Shown: in pieces, positions 45,944-54,237 of the stretch
Position numbering within the stretch: the stretch's first letter is position 1
How the letters are laid out: every line of letters begins with the position of its first letter
Sequence record: PQ227241.1
Length of the DNA: 64,000 bases
Direction: 5' to 3' (one strand)
Notes under the pieces: model-generated
The model's input: the letters and a program-made list of their open reading frames with translations, nothing else
What the model was told of the DNA's origin: nothing
The model's database searches: none
Translations under genes and position numbers: made by a program

Positions 45944-48232
45944 ATGTTAAAAACTATCATTAAACTAGACGGTACTGAAGAAGCATACTCACCTGCTAAG
46001 ATCAATGGTTGGGGTGAATGGGCAGCCCAACATCTTGGTGATAAGGTAGATTGGAGCAGTGTTGTAATGGATGCTGTTCAAGCTCTTGGTGATAAAACTT
46101 CATCACAAGAACTACAATTACAACTTATTGAAGAATGTCTAAATCGCAAGACCTGGTCATATTACCTGATGGCTGGTAGACTATATGCGATTTATCTTCG
46201 TAAGAAGTTCTATGGTCTAAATGGCATCCCAACTGTTAAAGCGCTTCAAACCAGGATGCGTAAAGATGGTATCATTGTTAAATTAGATTATAGTAGTAAA
46301 GAATACGCTCAGATTGAAAAGATCATTGATCACGATCTTGACCTACTTTGTCCGCATTTTTCACTTCATCACATTCGTGGAAAGTATGCTCTACGTAATC
46401 GTAAAACTGGTCAAGAATATGAAACTGCACAATTTGTGTACATGCGTATGGCAATGGCATTAGCTGAGAAAGAACCAGTTGAAACCCGCATGACTCATGT
46501 TGAGAATTTCTATAAACTATTATCTAATAAGATTCTTAGCGCTCCAACACCTAATTATGTTAACCTAGGTACTAAGCTTCGTGGTTTTGCATCATGTTGC
46601 CTATTTGCTTCTGGTGATAATGGTGTATCACTGGCAATGGGCGATTATATTGCTAACATCATGACCCAATCATCAGCAGGCATTGGTGTTAACTTAATGA
46701 CTAGGTCAATTGGTGATCCTATCCGTAATGGCCTAATCATTCACCAAGGTAAGAAACCATACATCGATGTAATGGGTAAAGCAGTAAGGGCTAACCTACA
46801 AAATGGTCGAGGTGGTGCTGTTACGTGTTACTACAGTGCTTTCGATCCTGAAGCAGATATGATTACTCAGCTACGTAATCCACGTTCTACTGAGGATAGG
46901 AAGAACCGTGATCTTCACTATGCATTCCTAAGTAATAAGTTCTTTGCTAAGAAAGCGGCTCAGAAAGATGGCATGATCTTTGTATTCAATCCATTTACTG
47001 CTCCAGATCTACATGATGCTTTCTATAGTGGTGATATTGATAAGTTTATTAAGCTTTATGAAAAATATGAAGCGGATCCTAAATTTGAGAAAACTTATGT
47101 AAATGCTCGGGATCTTCTCAAATCAATGCTAGTTGAAGCATATGAGACTGGAACCATCTATTCAGCTCAAATTGATGAACTCAATCATCATACACCATTT
47201 AAAGAACCTATTTACAGTTCTAACCTATGCCTTGAAATCGCAGAACCCACTAAGCCTTACTATCGAATGGAAGATCTTTATTCTAGTGAGGATCACGGGC
47301 GCGGTGAGATTGCTACTTGTTCACTGGCTGCTATTGCAGTGGATAACGTTCCTGATAAGCAAACTTATGAAATGGCGGCTTACTACGCACTTAAGATGAT
47401 TGACTATTGTATCCTTAATGCAGAGTATGCTTTCCCACACCTTGCACTAACCGCTAAGAATCGAATGAGTGCTGGTGTTGGTATCATGGGTCTAGCCACA
47501 CATATGGCACGTGCTGGCCTTAAATATAGCAGCGATGCTGGTAAAGCTGAAATCCACTTCATTGCTGAACGGCATATGTACTTCCTTATCAAGGCGTCAC
47601 TTAAGATTTCTAAAGAACGCGGGAATGCGCCTTGGATTCATAAGACTAAATGGCCAGAGGGATGGACTCCACGTAAGACTTATAATAAGTCAGTGGATAC
47701 TATCATTGAAGGTGGCTTTGAAGAACTTTATCCATGGGATGAGCTAGAGAAAGAAATTAAGGAGAATGGTGGTATTGCACACTCCGTACTAGCTGCATAC
47801 ATGCCTGGTGAAGCATCATCTAAGGCACTAGGGTCAACTAATGGTCCATACCCGGTACGTCGCCTAATTCTTAATAAGACTGATAATGGTGCACGTGTGC
47901 TATGGGCTGCTCCATATGGAGATGATGACTCCTATGTGTATGAATCAGCTTATGATATCCCCACTAAAGATCTTATTGATTGCTATGCCATTATTCAAAA
48001 GTGGACTGATCAAACAATCAGTGCGGACCTCTACCGACGCATTGTAGGTTCTGAAAAGATCTCTTCTAATGAAATGCTAGGTAATCACTTCTACATGGTG
48101 AAACGTGGAATGAAAACCCGGTATTATGTAAATCTAGAAACAGCAGCAGGACTTGATATTAAATCACTTGAACGTGCTGTTGAGGTAACTAATACTGAAG
48201 TTGGGTGTGCAGGCGGTTCGTGCACTCTTTAA
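45944..48232 (+). CDS. nrdA: Class Ia ribonucleotide reductase alpha subunit
   Basis: ATP-cone-like N-terminus (IIKLDG), SNLCLEI catalytic loop, TRYY, C-terminal CAGGSC; start moved to MLKTIIK. Confidence 0.97.
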   Translation: MLKTIIKLDGTEEAYSPAKINGWGEWAAQHLGDKVDWSSVVMDAVQALGDKTSSQELQLQLIEECLNRKTWSYYLMAGRLYAIYLRKKFYGLNGIPTVKALQTRMRKDGIIVKLDYSSKEYAQIEKIIDHDLDLLCPHFSLHHIRGKYALRNRKTGQEYETAQFVYMRMAMALAEKEPVETRMTHVENFYKLLSNKILSAPTPNYVNLGTKLRGFASCCLFASGDNGVSLAMGDYIANIMTQSSAGIGVNLMTRSIGDPIRNGLIIHQGKKPYIDVMGKAVRANLQNGRGGAVTCYYSAFDPEADMITQLRNPRSTEDRKNRDLHYAFLSNKFFAKKAAQKDGMIFVFNPFTAPDLHDAFYSGDIDKFIKLYEKYEADPKFEKTYVNARDLLKSMLVEAYETGTIYSAQIDELNHHTPFKEPIYSSNLCLEIAEPTKPYYRMEDLYSSEDHGRGEIATCSLAAIAVDNVPDKQTYEMAAYYALKMIDYCILNAEYAFPHLALTAKNRMSAGVGIMGLATHMARAGLKYSSDAGKAEIHFIAERHMYFLIKASLKISKERGNAPWIHKTKWPEGWTPRKTYNKSVDTIIEGGFEELYPWDELEKEIKENGGIAHSVLAAYMPGEASSKALGSTNGPYPVRRLILNKTDNGARVLWAAPYGDDDSYVYESAYDIPTKDLIDCYAIIQKWTDQTISADLYRRIVGSEKISSNEMLGNHFYMVKRGMKTRYYVNLETAAGLDIKSLERAVEVTNTEVGCAGGSCTL

Positions 48233-48238
48233 GTGTAT

Positions 48239-48264
48239 ACACCCTCCCTTAATTGGGAGGGTGT
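48239..48264 (+). terminator. Terminator after nrdA
   Basis: 10-bp stem; its 22-bp core is identical to 49915-49936. Confidence 0.75.
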
Positions 48265-48332
48265 TATTCCCAATTTATACTAACCTCTATTATTTATTGT
48301 AAGAAATATTTTTAAATTGTAAAGGAACTGAT

Positions 48333-49496
48333 ATGTCTACTAAATCTCAACTACCAAAGAAAATCTTCAATGTTGCTAAGAGTGATTATCATCTACCGGA
48401 AATTATTCTTGGAGATGATCCAGGTCTACTAGATTCAATCCACACTCATTATCCTAAAATGTGGGAGCTATATAAGCGTCTAAAGATGCTTGATTGGGAT
48501 GAGCTAGAATTTGACTTTTCCACTTGTCTAGTAGAATTTGAAACGTGTGATAAATCAACTTATGACATGATGATTAAGACACTGGCCTGGCAATGGGAAG
48601 CTGACTCTGTAGCCAGTCGTTCCATTGTTAATATTCTATCACCTGTCATGACAGATTCACGAGTATGGGCGGGATATGTACGTATTAATGATAATGAAGA
48701 CGTACATGCTTTAACTTATTCTGAAATTGTACGTAATAGCTTTAAAGATCCTAAAGTTATTCTAGACGAAATTCTTAGGGTAGAAGAAGCACAAGAACGA
48801 ATGGTTGCAGTAGCCCGCACTATGGGTGAAGCACATGACGCAGTTCATGCGTATGCTCTTAATCAGGTACCCAATGATCAAGAACTTTACAATAAAGTAT
48901 TCATGTTCTTCATCGCTCTATATTTCCTAGAACGTATCCAGTTCATGGCATCCTTTGCAGTAACCTTTGCTATTGGTCGTACTGGTGCATTCCAGCAAAT
49001 TGCAGCCGCTGTTAAGAAAATTGCCCAAGACGAATTCGAAATCCATGCACAATATGGACAAGAAGTTATTCGTGCACTACTGGCAACTGAACGCGGTAAA
49101 CTCGCTTACAGTCAATGTAAAGATAAAATCATTGAACTACTATGGGAAATTGTAAAGACTGAAGTTACCTGGGTTAATTATCTATTCTCTGAAGGTCGTG
49201 AACTAACTGGTGTTAATGCGACTAAACTTATTAACTGGGTACTTTTCAATGCTAATGCCGCAGCAACATTCCTAAGTATTGAAAATGATGTTGTAGAACA
49301 GTATCAAGTGGAGTTTAAAGAATCAGCTGGATTTGATTTTGTTTGGCCAGAGAAGAACCCACTTCTTTATATGGAAGACTACCTAGATATTTCATCAACC
49401 CAAGCATCTCCTCAGGAAGAAGAGAAGCCTGATTACATGGTCAACGTTGTAAATGATGTTGGTGAAGAAGAAGAATTTGAGGTTGACTTCTTATGA
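48333..49496 (+). CDS. nrdB: Ribonucleotide reductase beta subunit
   Basis: WEAD, EDVHALTY, LERIQFMASF ferritin-like di-iron motifs; follows nrdA. Confidence 0.95.
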   Translation: MSTKSQLPKKIFNVAKSDYHLPEIILGDDPGLLDSIHTHYPKMWELYKRLKMLDWDELEFDFSTCLVEFETCDKSTYDMMIKTLAWQWEADSVASRSIVNILSPVMTDSRVWAGYVRINDNEDVHALTYSEIVRNSFKDPKVILDEILRVEEAQERMVAVARTMGEAHDAVHAYALNQVPNDQELYNKVFMFFIALYFLERIQFMASFAVTFAIGRTGAFQQIAAAVKKIAQDEFEIHAQYGQEVIRALLATERGKLAYSQCKDKIIELLWEIVKTEVTWVNYLFSEGRELTGVNATKLINWVLFNANAAATFLSIENDVVEQYQVEFKESAGFDFVWPEKNPLLYMEDYLDISSTQASPQEEEKPDYMVNVVNDVGEEEEFEVDFL

Positions 49497-49906
49497 TTAA
49501 GATTATCGCATTCGTAGTTTTAATGTGGTCCACTGTCCTATTTGCAGCAACTGAAGTAAAATCAACTACAGATGGTATTATTGCACATTCAGAATGTCAG
49601 CTAGTTGCTAAAGATAGTAGTGTTGTCGGCACTACTGTTGGAGGTGCGGTTGGAGCCACCGCAGGCGCTGTGTTAGGTCGAGCAATCTTTGGTAAATCTG
49701 GAGGTTGGGTAGGTGGTTTAATCGGTGGTGCCGCAGGCGGCGCAGTCGGTAATAATGTTAGTGCTACTGAAACATTTCAATGTAAACTGATTGTTAATAC
49801 AGATGGCAAGCAGTACATGGTTCAAACAGTTACCAATGAAAAACCAAAGGTTGGTGATAAAGTCACTGTTGTTGAAATGAATGATGGTACACGAGATATA
49901 ATGTAG
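49493..49906 (+). CDS. Secreted glycine-zipper protein (SlyB/YcfJ-like)
   Basis: Signal peptide, GGAVGATAGAVLG...GGLIGGAAGGAVG zipper, C-terminal VGDKVTVV. Confidence 0.7.
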   Translation: MIKIIAFVVLMWSTVLFAATEVKSTTDGIIAHSECQLVAKDSSVVGTTVGGAVGATAGAVLGRAIFGKSGGWVGGLIGGAAGGAVGNNVSATETFQCKLIVNTDGKQYMVQTVTNEKPKVGDKVTVVEMNDGTRDIM

Positions 49907-49991
49907 ACATAATGACCCTCCCTTAATTGGGAGGGTTTATGCTAACAATTCTATAGCACTCTTATTAACAGTCATCAACGAGAGAGTAGAC

Positions 49992-51875
49992 ATGAATAAA
50001 ATGCTAAACTTCCTAAACCGTACGCTATATAGCGGTACTGAAAAAGTATCTTCAAAAGCTACACCAAGTCTAGAACACTTTAAAACAAATGTTGAACAAG
50101 TAGATAAAAAGATTCTACAACCCTTTAGTACTAAATTTAAAACCATTCTAAAAGAATGTTACAGTAATGAAGAGTGGGTTGAAGAACAATCATTTATTGA
50201 AGAACCTATTGATCTTGGTTCAGCTGCACGCGGTCTTACCGAGCGCGGTATTATGCGTGGTGATTGGGGACGCTTAGCGCATTCCACTATTAAAGAAGCA
50301 GAAGGTATGATGCGTACTTATAGTGGTCGTCTAAATGAAGATATGGAGGCATCTGAAATTAATGAAGTAATTCAAGATATGCCTTATAACTTCACAGCTG
50401 GCTCAGCTAATACTAGCCGTTTAGAAGAAGATGATTCTATTTTTGTTGAAGCAGATACAACTGTAGTTGAACCTCTGTCTAAGCAGACTCTGCCAAAAGT
50501 AGCAGAACTTACTAACCAACTAGTAGAAGTTTATAACCGAATCACTGAAGAATTTACAGAAACTGGTATTGCTAAAGTTGAACAAGTTGAACAGCCAGCA
50601 GTTCTTGTAGCACTTGGTGAGATCATTAGTAGTTTTAATAAACTAATTGATGCTTCATGTGGTGCTCTACCAGTGGAAGAAACTGTTATTGTAGAGGAGG
50701 ATCCGTTACCTGCCATTGTTACTGGTCCAACTACTGAACCCATTGATGGTGAAATTCCACCTGTTGATGCTATTAATAATTCTGCGGCATTAGAAGAGTT
50801 TATTGAAGAAGTACTAAGTACTAATCCAGAATTCATTAAATACCAAAGTATGAATGATAGTAATATTGATTCATATCTAACTGGAGATGACTGGATTATA
50901 CTAAAATTTAAAGATGGTTCTTATTATTTATACAATGCCCAGAGTGCTGGTGAAACAAATATAGAAATCATGAAAGATATGGCCGAAACTGGTAGTGGTC
51001 TTAATGGTTTTATAAATCGAGTTATTCGTGGCGGGTATGTAGAGAAGTCCATCATTAATACTCCCGGTTTTATACAAGTCTCAAATGAAGGTCTTATCGA
51101 CACCATTAAGAGTATCTTCGACTCTGGCCCTGAGATCAATCTTGATAAAAAGAAGAAAGCTATTGCTACACTGAAAAGTACCTATGGTGATGCCAAATGG
51201 GTGGCAGAAGCAAAGCTTAAAACCGGCGAAGTAAAAGTATCGAGTTACGAGACGTTCGCGTCTAATGATCCTAAGACCGCAAAAGCCAATATCACTAATG
51301 CTGTAGCTAAAGCTGATCGTCACAACCAGAAAGTTCTGGATGAGAACAGTAAGATACTAGCCCCCGTGGTTAATCTGTTCAAAGGGAATGATTGGCAAGA
51401 CCCTAAGAAAGTCGCTACTCTTCTGGCTGAATGGAAACCCAATGTAAAGACAAACTTCCAAGAACCCAAATGGCCAGATAATGCTGGTGCTAAGATTAAG
51501 TTGCTTGATGCTACCGGTATTGTGGAAGCAGCTAACGTTATCATTGACGTTCTGTCTAACAACACTAAGACTATTGCGGACACTTGGGTAGCCCAGTATC
51601 CTGACCTATCTGTCAATGGGGATATCTACAAACATAAGCTATCCACTATTAAATATAAAGATGCTCTTGAGGATGTATATCTGCTGGCTAAAAGGGCCGA
51701 TAATGCCATTCTTAACATTCATGCATCGTACGACGACGCTAAGGTTGAATCTACATATCGAGTATTTGCTATCGACATGTTGAAACTAATGCAAGCATCT
51801 GTCAGTAGCTTCCCAAGTGGTTCAACCGTAGAGAACACCAATGAACGCAATACGGTCATTGGTATTGAAGAATAA
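49992..51875 (+). CDS. Head structural protein (gp303-like), modular
   Basis: 627 aa; Glu-rich region with multiple S/A/G-x-E motifs typical of phiKZ head-protease substrates, e.g. VSNE-GLIDTIK. Confidence 0.65.
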   Translation: MNKMLNFLNRTLYSGTEKVSSKATPSLEHFKTNVEQVDKKILQPFSTKFKTILKECYSNEEWVEEQSFIEEPIDLGSAARGLTERGIMRGDWGRLAHSTIKEAEGMMRTYSGRLNEDMEASEINEVIQDMPYNFTAGSANTSRLEEDDSIFVEADTTVVEPLSKQTLPKVAELTNQLVEVYNRITEEFTETGIAKVEQVEQPAVLVALGEIISSFNKLIDASCGALPVEETVIVEEDPLPAIVTGPTTEPIDGEIPPVDAINNSAALEEFIEEVLSTNPEFIKYQSMNDSNIDSYLTGDDWIILKFKDGSYYLYNAQSAGETNIEIMKDMAETGSGLNGFINRVIRGGYVEKSIINTPGFIQVSNEGLIDTIKSIFDSGPEINLDKKKKAIATLKSTYGDAKWVAEAKLKTGEVKVSSYETFASNDPKTAKANITNAVAKADRHNQKVLDENSKILAPVVNLFKGNDWQDPKKVATLLAEWKPNVKTNFQEPKWPDNAGAKIKLLDATGIVEAANVIIDVLSNNTKTIADTWVAQYPDLSVNGDIYKHKLSTIKYKDALEDVYLLAKRADNAILNIHASYDDAKVESTYRVFAIDMLKLMQASVSSFPSGSTVENTNERNTVIGIEE

Positions 51876-51897
51876 CTTACTGAGTATGTAATGATAT

Positions 51898-52040
51898 GTA
51901 GAAATGATCCCTCCCCCTCGTTTCTACATTAGTCATAATAAATCGGAGCCAGTCCCCCTTCCAACTGGCTCCCAGAGAGTAAAACTCTTTGCTGGGCATT
52001 AATGACGATATATCGCCTCCCTTCGGGGAGGCTTTATATT
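51898..52040 (+). ncRNA. Candidate small RNA with two C-rich loops
   Basis: Promoter motif upstream, three hairpins, UUCG terminator, no meaningful ORF. Confidence 0.6.
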
Positions 52041-52095
52041 TTGTTTTTACGTGAGTATGTTAAAATATGTACAAATAACATAGAGTAATTATAAA

Positions 52096-52548
52096 ATGAT
52101 TAAGAATGAACTTTTACCAGGGTTAATCTATGCCCAAAAAGAATTTGATAAAATTGCAGCTAATGTAAAAGACTATGATAAATATAAAAGACGTGAAGCT
52201 GGTAGGGCAAGCGCCGTTTTAAGAAGTCTAGTGAATAATATTGTAAATCAAAATAAACCATCTTCACTTGAACATGAAGGTAAAGTTAGTACTACTAATA
52301 CTAATGAATATTTAGAAGAAGTTAATAATTACTTCTTTAACATTAATAATATTAAATTAATTTCTCCTAAACTCATAAAAGAGAAATTAACAATTGATCT
52401 AATGAATATTTATGTTAAATGGAATATGATTGGAGTGGCTGGCCGAAATGATGTGCCAATTATTGAGCACAGAATTAATGATTGGTGCGAAGTGACCGAT
52501 GTCTACATTAATGGTAATAAGATAACTTCTTTACAATGGCCACGTTGA
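52096..52548 (+). CDS. Hypothetical protein
   Basis: 150-aa ORF. Confidence 0.65.
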   Translation: MIKNELLPGLIYAQKEFDKIAANVKDYDKYKRREAGRASAVLRSLVNNIVNQNKPSSLEHEGKVSTTNTNEYLEEVNNYFFNINNIKLISPKLIKEKLTIDLMNIYVKWNMIGVAGRNDVPIIEHRINDWCEVTDVYINGNKITSLQWPR

Positions 52549-52564
52549 ATTTAAAATAAGTTGT

Positions 52565-52592
52565 AATAAAATACCTAGTATTACATGTTATG
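52565..52592 (+). promoter_or_regulatory. Non-virion-RNAP-type promoter AATAAAATAC-N14-TATG for tRNA-Leu/Pro
   Basis: Identical spacing at 51871, 53887, 55271, 56112, 58285, 58700, about 59155, and at 61949 on the minus strand. Confidence 0.75.
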
Positions 52593-52606
52593 TATTGAAG
52601 CACAAT

Positions 52607-52691
52607 GCCCGAATGGTGAAATTGGTAAACACAGAAGACTTAAAATCTTCCGGCTACGGTCTTGTCGGTTCGAATCCGACTTCGGGCACCA
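52607..52691 (+). tRNA. tRNA-Leu(TAA)
   Basis: Cloverleaf GCCCGAA/TTCGGGC, anticodon loop CTTAAAA, long variable arm, encoded CCA. Confidence 0.97.
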
Positions 52692-52700
52692 ATTTAAATA

Positions 52701-52776
52701 CGGAGTGTAGCGCAGTTGGTAGCGCACCTGCTTTGGGAGCAGGATGTCGGGAGTTCGAGTCTCCCCACTCCGACCA
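52701..52776 (+). tRNA. tRNA-Pro(TGG)
   Basis: CGGAGTG/CACTCCG, loop TTTGGGA, CCA. Confidence 0.97.
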
Positions 52777-52797
52777 TTTTAATAATAGGTAAATAGG

Positions 52798-53091
52798 ATG
52801 GATAATAAATGGATATCATGGGAACATCAAATTATAGGAACAGCTCTTTACGCTATTCTTAGTGACCCTGAATTAACTAATATTCAATTAGCTCAAGGCT
52901 TACACTATCTAACAGAAGCAAAGTCTTCTGTATTACATGTTTGTAATAACCATATTACATTCACTGTAACCTATCCACATGGCACATTTAGAACCAATGT
53001 AATTAGAGAGTGCCCTGCTAGTGATACAAATACATTCAAATGGTCAGGTGTATTAGTCCGTCAAAAAGATGGAACATTCTTACCAGAATAA
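52798..53091 (+). CDS. Hypothetical protein
   Basis: 97-aa ORF between tRNAs. Confidence 0.6.
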   Translation: MDNKWISWEHQIIGTALYAILSDPELTNIQLAQGLHYLTEAKSSVLHVCNNHITFTVTYPHGTFRTNVIRECPASDTNTFKWSGVLVRQKDGTFLPE

Positions 53092-53098
53092 ATAAAAA

Positions 53099-53175
53099 GG
53101 GCCTATAGCTCAGTTGGTTAGAGCAGGCGACTCATAATCGCTTGGTCGCAGGTTCAAGTCCTGCTGGGCCCACCA
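53099..53175 (+). tRNA. tRNA-Ile2(CAT), lysidine type (often mis-called Met)
   Basis: Anticodon arm GGCGA-CTCATAA-TCGCT and body closely resemble enterobacterial ileX. Confidence 0.85.
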
Positions 53176-53227
53176 TATACTAGCCTCCCACTTGGGGGAG
53201 GTTTTATACTGTCTCATTGAGGAAAAC

Positions 53228-53449
53228 ATGAATACAGTAATAATGTTGGTATTATCTATCAAAGTTGGATTATTTGGTTTCACTTCGACTAATGAGAGTA
53301 AGATCCTATTTGAAAATAGGGGACAATGTATTTCTCACCTGGATATGCTGGAGCATAAATACAAGTCTCTTGAAACTATTCGAAATGAGAATACTCTGAA
53401 GATAGCCGACAGAGATAACCATTCGATTTATATTTTTAAATGTCCCTAG
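53228..53449 (+). CDS. Small protein with hydrophobic N-terminus
   Basis: Start MNTVIMLVLSIKVGLFGF after GAGGA. Confidence 0.6.
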   Translation: MNTVIMLVLSIKVGLFGFTSTNESKILFENRGQCISHLDMLEHKYKSLETIRNENTLKIADRDNHSIYIFKCP

Positions 53450-53536
53450 GAAAAATATATTGAAACAACCATTAATCCGATTCTTAGGGGTGGTGCTAAA
53501 TACCATTGAATTTTATTTCAAGCATACGGAGTAAAT

Positions 53537-53884
53537 ATGAATAATTTAACTGAATCTCAGTATAGTGTATATTCCACATTTTGTAGTCCAAAATTAATGT
53601 GCATGTCTCTTACAGATGCGTTTATTGAAATTCATAAACAACATCCAGAAGTAAAGCAATGTATTAAGAAAAAGATCAGTGATAGCGAAACTCAGTTCAT
53701 CTTTATTTTTAAAGATGGGACTGATAATCTGATTATCAGTCGTAAAACTGAACCGTGCCCTGAACTGGATATTCCCGTAGGGGTTAGGGTCAAGCTGTCT
53801 AGTGAGGAACTTAAGAACATCCTTGCTGAACATGGTAGCCCTAAAGATGACAATTATTTTAAGCACTGGACTGACCGACCATAA
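53537..53884 (+). CDS. Hypothetical protein
   Basis: 115 aa, GGAG RBS. Confidence 0.6.
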   Translation: MNNLTESQYSVYSTFCSPKLMCMSLTDAFIEIHKQHPEVKQCIKKKISDSETQFIFIFKDGTDNLIISRKTEPCPELDIPVGVRVKLSSEELKNILAEHGSPKDDNYFKHWTDRP

Positions 53885-53937
53885 TAAAAATATTACTGAT
53901 TGTATAATACTATGTAAGAAGTCATGTCCATACGTTC

Positions 53938-54014
53938 GCGCTCATAGTTCAGTTGGTTAGAATACCCGCCTGTCACGCGGGTGGTTAGGGGTTCGAGTCC
54001 CCTTGGGCGCGCCA
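53938..54014 (+). tRNA. tRNA-Asp(GTC)
   Basis: GCGCTCA/TGGGCGC, loop CTGTCAC, G73, CCA. Confidence 0.97.
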
Positions 54015-54020
54015 TTTAAT

Positions 54021-54053
54021 TCCGTGATAGCTCAGTCGGTAGAGCAAGTGACT
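54021..54053 (+). pseudogene. 5' half of tRNA-Asn (exact duplicate of 56205-56237)
   Basis: 33 identical nt ending just before the anticodon. Confidence 0.9.
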
Positions 54054-54066
54054 TTTACGATTTCAT

Positions 54067-54153
54067 TGGTAAGTACCCGAGTGGTAGCAGGGAGCGGACT
54101 GTTAATCCGTTGGCGAAAGCCCACCGTAGGTTCGAATCCTACCTTACCAGCCA
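54067..54153 (+). tRNA. Atypical tRNA-Asn(GTT) with long variable arm (Tyr-like body)
   Basis: TGGTAAG/CTTACCA, D-stem CCC/GGG, loop CTGTTAA, 15-nt variable region with GGC-GAAA-GCC, G73, CCA. Confidence 0.9.
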
Positions 54154-54237
54154 AATTCTAAAGAGTAGCTTCGGCTACTCTTTTATGTTGCCATGGGTTA
54201 TCTTATGAATTAAAATGATTTACTTGAGAGCACACTC

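Noticed and set aside
45944-49496. Introns, inteins or homing endonucleases in nrdA/nrdB (also checked polymerase and terL)
   Set aside because: ORFs are continuous and of normal length; no intein or HNH/LAGLIDADG motifs seen.
51898-51972. RsmY/RsmZ-like GGA-loop decoy on the minus strand
   Set aside because: The reverse complement does give GGA loops, but the promoter motif and terminator U-tract both point to plus-strand transcription; kept only as a minor alternative.
52595-52792. 65-aa plus-strand ORF
   Set aside because: It reads through tRNA-Leu and tRNA-Pro; spurious.
53099-53175. tRNA-Met call
   Set aside because: Body and anticodon arm are ileX-like; no initiator features (no C1:A72 mismatch, no three consecutive G-C pairs in the anticodon stem).
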